This document shows, piece after piece, positions 1-11,352 of a DNA stretch of 64,000 nucleotides. Both the position numbers and the translations under genes were made by a program. This stretch comes from a virus. Its lineage: Duplodnaviria; Caudoviricetes. The notes under the pieces are model-generated. The model searched no databases, had not been told where the DNA came from, and saw only the letters and a list, made by a program, of their open reading frames with translations. The DNA lies in IMG/VR virus record IMGVR_UViG_3300021254_000027, positions 32,001-96,000 of that record, one strand, 5' to 3'. Position 1 is the first letter of the stretch, and each line of letters starts with the position of its first letter.

Positions 1-1136
1 TCTTCTTCTGCAAGAACGTACTCGTCATCAACAAGTTTATACCAACCTTCCGCAGCAGGATTTACTCCTTCAGAAATAGTAGCAACAGCGTAAGTTGATT
101 CAACTGGATCACTAAAAGTAATAGCTTTATTATTAGCGAGTTCATAAGTAATAACATTAGGAAGAGTTGCATCATTTACGACATTAGCATTTGGCTGGTC
201 AATCATGATACTGTTCCAATTCCAATTAAATACTAAACGACCGCCATCTGGACTTACTGCATTTACAGTTAAAATAGTACTGTAATCATCTTCGTCTCCA
301 TCATCATCAAAATCAATATCTCCCTCAGGAAGATTCAAGGTGATACGAGCAGGAGCCGCAGTTAAACTATTAATAATTGGACTATAAATTGCGCGAGAAT
401 AAATAACGTCATTATAAGATTCACGTTCAGCTGCGTCTTTATCAAGAGTAAGAGTATTCTTAACAGCGACTTTAGCAGTTTGAGTCTCCAAACGGAAGTC
501 CACTAAACCGCTCGCATTTACGTGTTCAAACTCAAAGAAAAATTCAATATTACCAGCAGCTGCAGTAGCTTCTTGAGAGATAGCCCAACCAAGATATAAA
601 ACGTCACCAACAGCATATTTAACAACTGGAGTGGTCTTATAGAATTTAGTTTCACCCTTTAATCCAGCATTATACCAGAAAATATTGATATTGGTGCTTT
701 CAAGTAAGTCAACTACATCATAAAAACGAGGCATATTGAAGAATAAAATTTCTGCCAAGTGATCGCCCAAAACACCAACGCCATTTTTATTGAACTCAGG
801 TGGGACTGTAATTACACGAGTGTTAGTGTCAATGGTGAAATCAGGCTCATCAAAAGGAGCATGAATATAATCATACAAACGAGCCTTACCAGCAGCATTA
901 TCAGTCTCAGTAATCTTTTTAACGACACGAACGTAAGTATTTAAAAGGTTAATGTCGTCTAAAAGTTTGCCGCTAATTAACTTGCCATTAGAATCAAAAT
1001 TAGCATCGACTTGTGCCTGAGATTCATCTAAGATATCTACATCGATGCCGACATCTGCGGCGTCACGAACAAACTGAACAGCAAATGCCTGATCACTAGC
1101 AAATTTAGTGCGGAGATCGTCTAAAGACATATACAT
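1..1136 (-). CDS. Tail/baseplate-associated structural protein with BppU-like N-terminal region (truncated at window edge)
   Basis: ATG at 1136 with AAGGGAG RBS; open to position 1. Contains FTIDTNTRVITVPPEF..GVGVLGDHLAEILFFNMPRFYDVVDL, resembling baseplate-upper-protein N-terminal domains. No in-frame TAG seen. Confidence 0.6.
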   Translation of the reverse strand, partial: MYMSLDDLRTKFASDQAFAVQFVRDAADVGIDVDILDESQAQVDANFDSNGKLISGKLLDDINLLNTYVRVVKKITETDNAAGKARLYDYIHAPFDEPDFTIDTNTRVITVPPEFNKNGVGVLGDHLAEILFFNMPRFYDVVDLLESTNINIFWYNAGLKGETKFYKTTPVVKYAVGDVLYLGWAISQEATAAAGNIEFFFEFEHVNASGLVDFRLETQTAKVAVKNTLTLDKDAAERESYNDVIYSRAIYSPIINSLTAAPARITLNLPEGDIDFDDDGDEDDYSTILTVNAVSPDGGRLVFNWNWNSIMIDQPNANVVNDATLPNVITYELANNKAITFSDPVESTYAVATISEGVNPAAEGWYKLVDDEYVLAEE

Positions 1137-1165
1137 AACTTATCGTTCTCCCTTCTATATATTGC

Positions 1166-1209
1166 AAAAAAAATAAGCGAGGATAAAGAGAGACCTCTTT
1201 ATCCTCGCT
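1166..1209 (-). terminator. Rho-independent terminator-like hairpin
   Basis: Inverted repeat agcgaggataaagag/ctctttatcctcgct with 4-nt loop, followed on the minus strand by a T-run. Confidence 0.75.
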
Positions 1210-1211
1210 AT

Positions 1212-1260
1212 CTCTCATTTTAATTCAAAAATTAATGAGTGTTTTTAATGGACTTCGTCC
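1212..1260 (-). promoter_or_regulatory. Copy 1 of conserved intergenic motif GG-N10-TTAA-N12-ATTTTT(G/T)A-N8/9-AGAG (candidate late promoter)
   Basis: Minus strand GGACGAAGTCCA TTAA AAACACTCATTA ATTTTTGA ATTAAAATG AGAG; same spacing as the copies at 11294-11341 and 32122-32170. Confidence 0.45.
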
Positions 1261-1460
1261 TAATCTATCTCTTCCCAAAAACCTTGATCGGCATATGGAC
1301 AAACCAATGCTTGATAACGAATTTTGGTTAATTTATTTCGGAGCCACTTTCTAGGACTGGCTTGGAGGTTTGCCATTTTAACATAGCGAACCTCTTCATC
1401 AGTAGGGCACTCAGATACGACCGTTCCATCTTCTAAATGATAGGTAACATAACAAATCAT
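1245..1460 (-). CDS. Small hypothetical protein (71 aa with TAG=Gln) following the giant tail-cluster protein
   Basis: GGAGG RBS before ATG 1460; TAG at 1260-1262 read through gives ...EEIDQDEVH-TAA (1245). Position and W-E-E C-terminus resemble small fibre-associated proteins. Confidence 0.65.
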
Positions 1461-1474
1461 ACTTATTACCCTCC

Positions 1475-4400
1475 TTAGTCGATTAAACTAGTTTGAACAC
1501 GAACAGAGCCTTCACCAGAAACTCGTGTAGCACCAAAGGCATAAGTAGGCAAATAAACTCTTTCGTCTCCTTCGCCGGTATATTCAGTAAATGCAGTTTT
1601 CCAAGGCTCATTACCAGGTACTGCAGCTACAAAGTTCTATGCCTATTGCTCGTCTGCAAATTGTCCTTTCTCGAATTGGAAAGTAAGAGTATTTATCTTA
1701 GCACCACTAAGTGCCAAACCATCAACAACATTTACTACACTAGTAGTCTTTCCATTGACAGGATCGCTATTAACTTCTGCTGGGAATGCCCAAATTAAGT
1801 TATAACTATTATTGCCAGCCAATGTATCATTATGGAATGCTTCGGATCCAATCGTGCGGAGAGTACTTGGAATACCAGTAAGATAATACAAATCTCCACA
1901 ATTACGGAAGGCTCTTAAACCAATATATTCAATATTAATTGGTAACTGTTGGAGACCAAGTTTGCGGCAATCCATAAAGGCTTTAGCGCCGATATATAGA
2001 ATTGTTCTATTAGTATAGTTAACATCGTCTCGCATTGCTGTTAATGTCAATGTTAATTCAGAGCATCCACTAAATGCATAGTCTCCAATTACACGAACTC
2101 CTGCTAAATTAGTTTCGCCATAAATTAGACCAGAATTACTACTGTAATAACGACAGAAGGTTAAATTAGAACAATTTTCAAAAGCATGTCCACCGATACG
2201 TGGCCAATAATTACCAATACCAATCTTAGGATCATTGTGCATTGTAATAATTTCTGTCGCATCAAAGGTCGGAGCAAAAATAACTTCGCCGAGACCAGTA
2301 CATTCAGCAAAAGCATAATCGCCAATGTTCAAAATATCATTAGGAATCTGACCAAAGTTTAAAGAAGTATCTCCTCTAAATGTACCATTAGAAATAATTT
2401 TAAGTGTATCTGGCAAACCTGAAATATGTAAATTAGGACAATAAGCAAAAATCATATCATTATTAATACCTGTGTTATGAGTCGTGTCACATCCACCAAT
2501 TGTCTCTAACTGCTAAAGTGCAGCAAGATCAATATATTCTAAAGTGGTATTAGGCGCACTATCAGAGCCATTAAATCCTGCTTTAATAGCACCATTTCCA
2601 CCATCAGCAATATATTTAATAGGGCATCCTTCTTCGAAATACAAACGTCTTAAAGAAGGAGATTCATTCTTTACAGAGACAACATACTTACCATCAATCA
2701 TCTTAGGAACACAAATGGCACCAACAGATACAGATTTATCAATAACTGCAACAACACCATCATTAATATCATAAGTCGCGCCATCAGCTTCGAAAGTAGT
2801 AACATTAAATAAATCAATTGCATTCTTATTATTATCTTCTGTTGGTGTACGAGTTTTAAAGTATGCTGTTGGAGGATTGGCCAATGTATCCATATAAACA
2901 GGTTGAGAATATACAGGATATAAAGTTACATTAGACTAGACAACAAAGTCTGTGTAATCAGAACTACCAAATTTAAATGTATCCAAAAGTTGAATTGTAG
3001 TTTTAGATACATCGCCATCATGGTTAGGATCATAATCAATAACTGCTGGTAAATTAGTAGGTAAATTAATCTAACTACCATATTCATAATCAATTACATC
3101 CCATTGCTCTGCAGGAGTAACTCCTTGAGGAGTATACATAAATGTAACTTGATAAATACGTTTGTGCATCAAGAAAATTGGATACAAATCTATCTGTTGA
3201 TCTGTATAATCATCTTCTGTCAAAGACTCTGGGCAATTTTCATCTGCGGTATAAGTATTATCCGCTGAATTATAAGTCATTTCAATGCCTTCCGCAAGAT
3301 ATCCAGCAAGAACAGATTCAGAAGGAGTGGCCTCAACTTGAGTATAACTCCATCCCTTAAATTCATAAGTCCATTCAACACCAGGTGCGATTGCAGGAGT
3401 GGCAACTTGAGTCTCTAAATGCTCTTTAAGATTAAATCCAATCGCTTCATTAGAACCAATGGTAATTGAGTTCTTATAAGTTGCGGTAGAATATACTGGA
3501 TCTCCTGTATTAGGAGCATGAATAACAATATCATAACCAGCAATAATTTTTTCAGGATTCTTATAAACAATCTTCAAGTTAGGGAACAACTGGCCATATT
3601 TATTTTTGATATCTAAATCATTAATCCAATAGTCTCCATTATTAATGGTAATAGTACCACCAAAATAAGTATTATTAGTTAATGCACGACTAATTGTATT
3701 ATTAGTACCATCCGCTGCAGTAGTTGTATAACCACTAGGAATATTAGCGATATAATCTAAAATTTTGATGTCATTAATTACATCGTCTACTAAGACACAA
3801 GTATCTTCATTGATTTCGTTAACTGTCCAATTAATATCTGGTAAACGAATATTCAAAATCTGACCCTATTCATCTTCATCCTGTGCCATAATGGTATTCA
3901 TTAAAGCATAAGTGTCAACCTTAGGACAATTTTCAATACTAATACCATTAAGATTGGCTACACTTTCAAAAGTCAAATTAGAAGGATTGGTCTTAGTATC
4001 AAAGAATAAAACATCTTTTAAATTTAAAACTGTCGTAGAAGCTGGTAACTCTAAGTGTTTTAAATCTGCGCCTGCCGCAAATCTAATTACTCTAAGATTA
4101 GAACCTGTTGCATAAACATTCTTTAAATAAACTTGCGCAGTTAAATCTAAAGTAGTATTTGCGAAGAGGGCTCTCTATAAATAAACATCTTCAAGTAATG
4201 GGCAGTTACTTAAACCACCAATAGTAGTAGCTTTATCTGTTTTATAAGAAGGATCATCACAGCCAAGACGTAAAACACGAATTTTATTCTTACTATTGAA
4301 TGTTATCTGCAATAAGAATTTATCAGATAAATCTCCAATATCATATATCTCTCCAAGATGGAAGATATATGCTTCTGTATCACCCAAAGAGCTTGGAAGC

Positions 4401-7400
4401 ACACCGGCTGGAGCAATTGTCTAAACTGGAGTATTAGGAGCCAATTTAATAATTTGAACTGGGTTATTACCACCAATTTGAGTTGCACCATACTGAGTAC
4501 TTTGAGATTTAAAAGTAAATTGTAAAGTATGAGGATCTGGATGGTATTTTGCGCCGCTTGGGTTAGGCTATGTATTTTCGGCATCAAGATATGCAGAGCA
4601 ACCATTCATACGTAAATCAATATCAGCAACGCCGCCTTTTCCAGTTGGTATAGCATATTTACTATCTAAGAAAGCAAAACGATGCTCTAAGAAATGACGT
4701 CTATGCAAAGAACGAGTTCCTTGCTCTGCGTGAATCCAGTTAACACCGACTTTAGTGGTAGTAACACCATTAACAGTAACAGTAGTTTCTTCAGTTAATG
4801 GACGAATATATTTGTACCAACCGTCTTTGTTATCATAAATTTCTGCGAAGGCATCTGCTTGCATTTCATTATAACTCTTAGTTAAGAAATCAACAGTGAA
4901 CTTGCCACCATTGCGCATACGATTATACAAAGTAGTAATATCATCATAGAAAGCTTCACGAACGTTAGCCCACAAAGTACTGTACATACCATTTGCTACC
5001 CAGTTACCATCTTCATAATGACCATAATTTGCACGAGCATTATATGCAAGAGTGTCAATTTCGTCATCAACATCATAACTATAACGCAAAACACCTGAGT
5101 TATCAACACCAAGAATAGTATCCATATCATAGAAAATTGGATACCAATGTCCAGTGTTATTAACATTATCAATATCGAAAGAGCACATCATCATATTCTT
5201 ACCACGAGAATCAAGCATCAAAAGGGCCTCAGTCATGATATAATAGAATAATGTGAAATCTTTACGCATATAAGTATCAAATTCGTCTTTAAACTTTGCT
5301 AAACGATATTCACGAGTATCTTTAGTATAAGTTGTTCCACCATAAGTAACAGGGGTAATATCACGATCTGGATCAGCATAATTTTGGTCAGTAGTATGCA
5401 ACCAGTTTATTAAACGCTAGAATGCACGCTTATCAGATCCAACTTGGTCTTCATATTCTGGATAACGAGATTCAAAAGCTGCAGTCCAAATATCCATATC
5501 ATCGACGCCTTCATGCCAGTCGATACGGAATCCGCACAAGTCAGCAGCATTATTTAAAAACTCCCAGCATTGAATGGTTCCAGGTCCTTCAACCTTTTCA
5601 TACAAAGGTCCTGTTTTTGTTACATATGTTTTAAACGCCGCAGCGCTATTACCAGTCCAAACGGCGTCATCTCTTGGGGCAGTATAATAAGTCTTTGATG
5701 CAAGATTATCTTCGTCCCACTTTTTACTTTCATCAACAGTACCTTGGAATCCAGTAATGTAATTATTATTTGCATCAACCAAACGTCCATAAGTACCATC
5801 TTCATCAGGTTCAAAACCGAACAAAGAGTGTTCTGCCTTATCGGTATCAAAATTATAACGACCAATATAGGTTTCAGTACCAATAGAATCGCCGGTGCGC
5901 CAGAAAGCAATAACCGGACATCCGACTACATTGTTACAAATAGTCTTATCAGGATATTGCTCTTGTGCGACAGACTTAATATTAACACTATCATAAATCG
6001 CTGCGAGAGCGTTACCAGTACCAGTATTATGCGCCAAAGAAGAATCCATATAGTCAGCTTTCAAAGTAAACAATGCTACCTTAGGAAGCTTAGTCCACTT
6101 CTCCTGCTCAGCAAGAGCTTTCTCTTGTGTAGCAGCATCCATACTATCTAATCCTTCAATTGGAATAGCAGGCAATAATGAATACTTATCTTTCTTATTC
6201 ATAAAGCGTACACGTAAGTTCTTTACTGGATACGCTAATGAAGAAGTACCTTGCGCATATACAACAGCTTCAACAGGAGCATTAGCAGTACCAAAATTAC
6301 GATCTGGATGCTCTGGGTCAACAAAATAACAAGGCATATAACGGAAATCTTTTTTACCGGTTGGAAGAGCACGAATAGTACCAGTACCACCAGTTTGATT
6401 TACGTATTCGCCTTTATCATTAAGAACTTTAATTGGATTACCTTCAGAATCAAGAATATTACCTTTCTTATCACCAGTAGCTAAACCACCAGTAAATACG
6501 ATATAAGGAATATTACCAAGACTTTGGACTTTAGTCAAAGAAATTTCATCATTACTATTTAAAGCATCATTGTTTTCTGCAATAGCAAGACGCTCTGCAA
6601 CCGTAGGGAGATCCGCCGCATAGTTATTCAAAACAATACGGTCACTACTGTAAACGCTATATACACGAACACTATAAAGATCAATGTCTCCATAAGTGGA
6701 ATCAAAGATTAAGTAAGAAGGACTTTCGCTAGATGAGTCTTGAATATTGCCACTGTACTTAACCAAACCAGAAAGAACACCATTTACATAAGTGTAAATT
6801 AAGTTCGCATTAGTATTATTTGCACTATTAGATTGGATAGAGAAAGTAATATGAACACGCTGATCTTCAGTTATATATGCGCGCAAACCATTTGTTGCTG
6901 CACGTTCATCTTCTGTAAGAGCTGCATCTTCTTCTGGAGTATGATAATTAGTCTGGTCCTAAGTATTCATACAAATCTTATCACCAGTACCAACAATACC
7001 AGTATAAACTTTACCTCTATACCAAGAAGCGCCATTAATTAAAATCTGGTTAACATCACGGACATTAGAAACTTTATAGTTAATTTCAATTGTTTTACCA
7101 GTTCCTTGTGCACCACGATCATCTGTATTTTCACCAGAGAACATTGCAAAAGGAATAGTTAATTTTGCACCATTTGTCAAGTGTAAACTTGTAACAAGAT
7201 TATCATCAGTAATCCAACCATTGGTGTTCCAGTTGAAATTTTCAAAATTACACTCAATATTTTTATAAGTCCAAGTTGCAGGATTAGATTCATCATTACT
7301 GCGTCCTGCCGCGCTTAAACTAAGCTGCAATGAACTGGTTTCAATTTCAGGAAGCTCAGCTTGCAAAGCAGTTACTGTAATATTTTCGATTGTTTCTGCT

Positions 7401-8719
7401 AAGTTATAATCATCAATAGCAACAACAAAACGCCAAGTACCAGCTTTACTTAAAATAACATTCCAAGTATGAGATTCATTATAAGTAACTGCCGCAGTTT
7501 GATCAACCATTAATTCTTCACCGCAATAAGCAGTTAAATGAACATTTGCAGTTGAACCTTCATATGCGGCTAAGTATTCAACCTGAGCGGTTTGATACTG
7601 TTCATATGTACTCTTGCCTAAACTAGCAGATAACATAGGAATTGTGGAATCGGCACTACGATAAATAAATGAAGTAGTAACCTCTGGAGAAGTTAGCCAT
7701 TCATTTTCATTAATATCAGGACGTGCCGTAATCCATACATCAACAGTATAATTACCTTCAATATGAGCAGATAGATCAAGAGTGTAAATATATTCTTGGC
7801 CACCATCAACATTAGAACTAAATGGTACTCTATCAGTAACAGGATTTAAATATCCAGGGATATTCATTCTAATGTTAATATAACGCTCTGCCATAGTACT
7901 TGCGCCATAAGGACGAATTGGTAATTGCAAACTATCACGAGAAGTAACACCTAAGTTAGATGCTACAATAACACTTAAATCAATTAAGCGGATATCATTA
8001 TAAACAACAGAAGCTGCATGGCTATATTCATTTACGAAACGCAAAAGAACTTTATTAGATTCGTTGATAAGGAAATAAGAAGAATATCTCTGTAAATCAA
8101 CAGTAGTATATACGCCTTGAGTTACCTTACGAATCGTACCAGCATAGTTGTCATTAATAGTGACTTCAACATCAATCGTAGTATCTGGTAAAGAGTCAAC
8201 AACCTTAAATCCAATAGGGATTGAATTGTTTGCGGCGATAATATTATAGTTTTGATTTGGGTCTTTTGCTACAGTTAAACCACTAGTAATTCCACCGCCG
8301 CCACCAGATCCAGCTACAGTTAATTTAGAGGTTGTAATTAAAGTATTGCGTTCATTTTCAGGATCAACGGCAACATTTAATACACGATAAAAGCACCCAT
8401 CTGAATTGATAATAATATCATCAGTGCTTGGAGCCTCTTCAGTAGAACCGTTAAATTCAGCTGGGAAATTAAAAATGAATGTATTACTTTCGGTTTCTTC
8501 AACGGTAAAATCTCTAACTCCGAAATAAATACCGCTGCTACCGCCAAAAGCATAACGATCTTCATATGAATTTCCATGAGGATCTGTAAAGTCACAATCT
8601 AAATAAATCTTCTTTGTATCAACTGCAAAAGAAAGACGACCATCTTCAAGACTTAATGCCTTAATATATTGATCGCGTCCTTTCATTAACTGTAATACAG
8701 AGTTATCAGTTGTACTCAT
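1475..8719 (-). CDS. Giant (~2,414 aa) tail-cluster protein: fibre-type N-terminus, Ig-like/LamG region, CotH-like kinase domain, leucine-rich repeats (BspA-like at C-terminus)
   Basis: ORF fragments starting 8719, 6886, 5401, 4402, 3856, 2893 and 2455 are all in one frame and separated by TAG; TAA at 1475; AAGGAGG RBS. Motifs QGTSS..YPVKN, LKADYMDSS, YIGRYNF, DSRGKN and WYPIFYDMDT (CotH-like); IYTYVNG..DIDLYSVRVY (LamG-like); IGDYAFxxCxxL repeats. Confidence 0.8.
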
Positions 8720-8744
8720 ACAATTTTGCTCCTCCTTCTCTTAA

Positions 8745-8776
8745 AAATAGGAGGGTCATAAGACCCTCCCCTATTT
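8745..8776 (-). terminator. Terminator-like hairpin
   Basis: ggagggtc-ataa-gaccctcc stem followed by TATTTTT on the minus strand. Confidence 0.55.
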
Positions 8777-8781
8777 CATAT

Positions 8782-10302
8782 TTATGGATTTGGATCAAAA
8801 GAAATCCAAGTCAAATGCTATTCAAGAGATTCAACAGTGTCAGATAAATTTTCTAAATTATTAGCAACAGTAGTGATATTACTTTCCGCTGTTGTCATTC
8901 TGTTGCCAAGCCCATCAATACGAGCTCCTAAAGCAGTATCTGCTGCTCCACGAGCACTTGCTTCTTGCGCGACTTGATATGCGACAGACCCTTCAGTCTG
9001 ATCACTACCAGTTAAAATACCAACATCATCTTCAAGATCTTCTACCCTATTAGTTAAACTAGAAGTAGCATTTGCAATTTTATAATCAACAGACCCTTGA
9101 GTTGTACTATCACCATTTAAGGTTGTAATTTGCCCCTAAATGGTAGTAATATTTCCTTGCGCAGTAGTAATATTACCCTCCGCGGTGGTCATTCTAGTTT
9201 TTAAACTATCAATATTATCTTCTGCATTTTCCATACGATTTTGAAGATTTGATACATCACTACCTAAATTAGTAATTTGGGTATTCATAGAAGCTGCAGA
9301 ATCAGCATGAGTGCTAATCCAATCAGAAATTTCTTTTAAAGTGTCAAAATCATTTGGAGCATTAGCTACAATCGCTGCGATGGCATCATCAACGGTCTTT
9401 TTGACAGAACCAACAGTGCCATCAGTTTTATTTAATAAAGTAATTGCTGCGGTATTAGCGCTTACGTCATCACTTAAGTCTTCAACATCGTTTTCAAGAT
9501 CTCCAATACGAGTAGTTAAACCAGTATCTTCGCTCTCTCTTGCTGTACGCTCCGCTGCAATTAAATTAAGAACAGAACCTTCAGTATTTGCATCACCATC
9601 TAATTTGGTGAGGACTGTTGTATGTCCACTAACAGTATCTTGTAAATTTTCAATATCATTCTCTATACCACTAACTTTGGTCTTTAAATTTCCAACGTCA
9701 GTTTTTAAAGTTCTGATTTCATCAGCAAGAGCTTTAAATGTAGTATATTGTGTTTCAGATCCAAGCAACGCCGCAGTAGCTGTCGCAACAGCATTAAGAA
9801 TAGAACCTGCTGTATTAGCATCGCCTTTAAACATCGCAATGTCTGCCGCAGCGGAAGTTTTGAAATCTTCAAGATTTTCTACTCTTGTTTTTAATCTATC
9901 AAGCTCTTCTGTAGTAGCTACACTAGCTTTTGTAACAACAAGACGTAATGTACCATCGTCAGCAACAGTTGTCGTAATATCAGTCACAACATTACCTGTT
10001 GGGCTGCTATTAACTCCGACAACGCCGGCTTTATTAATCTGAACCCAAGAATTGCTAGTTGAATTCCAACGAGCTAAGATATTGCCTGTTTTTACATAAT
10101 AAAGCGCAGTTTCATAAGCATGACCAGTGGCAGGTAAATCATTAACAGTATTAACTGGAATGAAATCACCAAGACGGATACGTTTTGTACCATTGTCTAT
10201 ATACATTGCACTTTCATCAGTGGTTACATATATAGTACCATCTTGTACTTGCGCAGGCAAATTCGCTAATAAACCACGTTTAAACTGAATATTAGCTGGC
10301 AT
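8782..10302 (-). CDS. Coiled-coil tail fibre protein (506 aa)
   Basis: ORF 9136..10302 continues through TAG (TTAQGNI/TTI*GQI heptads) to TAA at 8782. IQFKRG..DGTIYVTTD N-terminus, APNDFDTLKEISDWI fibre motif, heptad repeats. Confidence 0.8.
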
Positions 10303-10323
10303 TTATATTACTCCTTTCTTTAA

Positions 10324-11259
10324 TTATTCTTCTTCGTCAATAGACTCCCAAACATACTAACCATAATTATTAATCATGTATGTTACATAATCTTCGACAT
10401 TATTATAAGTATGGCCCTCTGGATCGGTATAGACAGATTGCCCACCAGAAGAGGAAACTGTAACCCAACTTCCAGTTGCATTTAAGAACAATTGTGCCTT
10501 CTCTGCCGTAGTTAGCGTACTAGCAGCAACAGGAACAAGTCCAGAAACAGTTCCATTAAATAAAGGAATAATTGAGTCAGCATTATTTGCAAGCTCTGCA
10601 TAAATACCCGTAGCGGGAACATTAACTAAATCACCAGTTTCAGGATCAGTTGTAGAACTTGCTTTATGTCCAATTAAACTTTCAAGATCGGCTGTAGTTG
10701 CATAACCATTTAAATCAACGAAAGGACCTAATTCAATCCAGTCAGTTCCATTCCAAGCGTATTCTTTATCACCTACTTGATAAACATCGCCCTCAGAAGG
10801 ATTACTGATTAAATCTAAGTCTGTAGTCGTTCCCTAGAAGTGGAATGCACTAGCTGCGGCAGATTGTAAATTTGCAAGAGCAGTTTGTAAATTACTAACT
10901 GTTCCCTCTAATGTAGTTACTCGTGCCGCAATAGGATTAGAAGATGTGTCTCCAATGAGAACCCATCCATCTGTGCTTGAAGCATAAACAAAAGCTAAAG
11001 CACTACCATCACCATTTCTTACAACAGTAATGTCGCCCTTAACCACTGGAGACGCTCCGACAATAGCAGCAATAGCATCAGCATCTGTCTATTCTGCTTG
11101 TCGTGTACCAATATATACATGAGCTTGTCCAAAAGGAGTTTCGCCACGATACAACTCATTTGTATCAAGCAAGAAATATAAAGCATTATTTTGTTTGGCT
11201 TCAAGAGCAGCATATTCCGCAGCGGAACCAAACTTAAATAAAACTTTTTGATTCGGCAT
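10324..11259 (-). CDS. Tail fibre-type structural protein (311 aa)
   Basis: ATG 11259 (MPNQKVLFKFG); three in-frame TAGs read through; GDVYQVGDKEYAWNGTDWIELG motif typical of fibre modules; TAA at 10324. Confidence 0.7.
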
Positions 11260-11305
11260 TATCTCTTCACTTCCTTTCAAACTAAGTATCTGTCTCTTTA
11301 TAAGA

Positions 11306-11340
11306 TAAAAAATAAGCCCGAATACTTAACGCATTCGGGC
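11306..11340 (-). terminator. Terminator-like hairpin overlapping copy 2 of the conserved intergenic motif
   Basis: gcccgaat-N9-attcgggc stem followed by TTATTTTTT on the minus strand. Confidence 0.55.
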
Positions 11341-11352
11341 CAATAGTATTTA

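Noticed and set aside
9311-10042. Long plus-strand ORFs (also 48293..49033, 53375..54427, 54713..55348, 55805..56098)
   Set aside because: Antisense shadows of biased-codon minus-strand genes; no RBS and unnatural composition.
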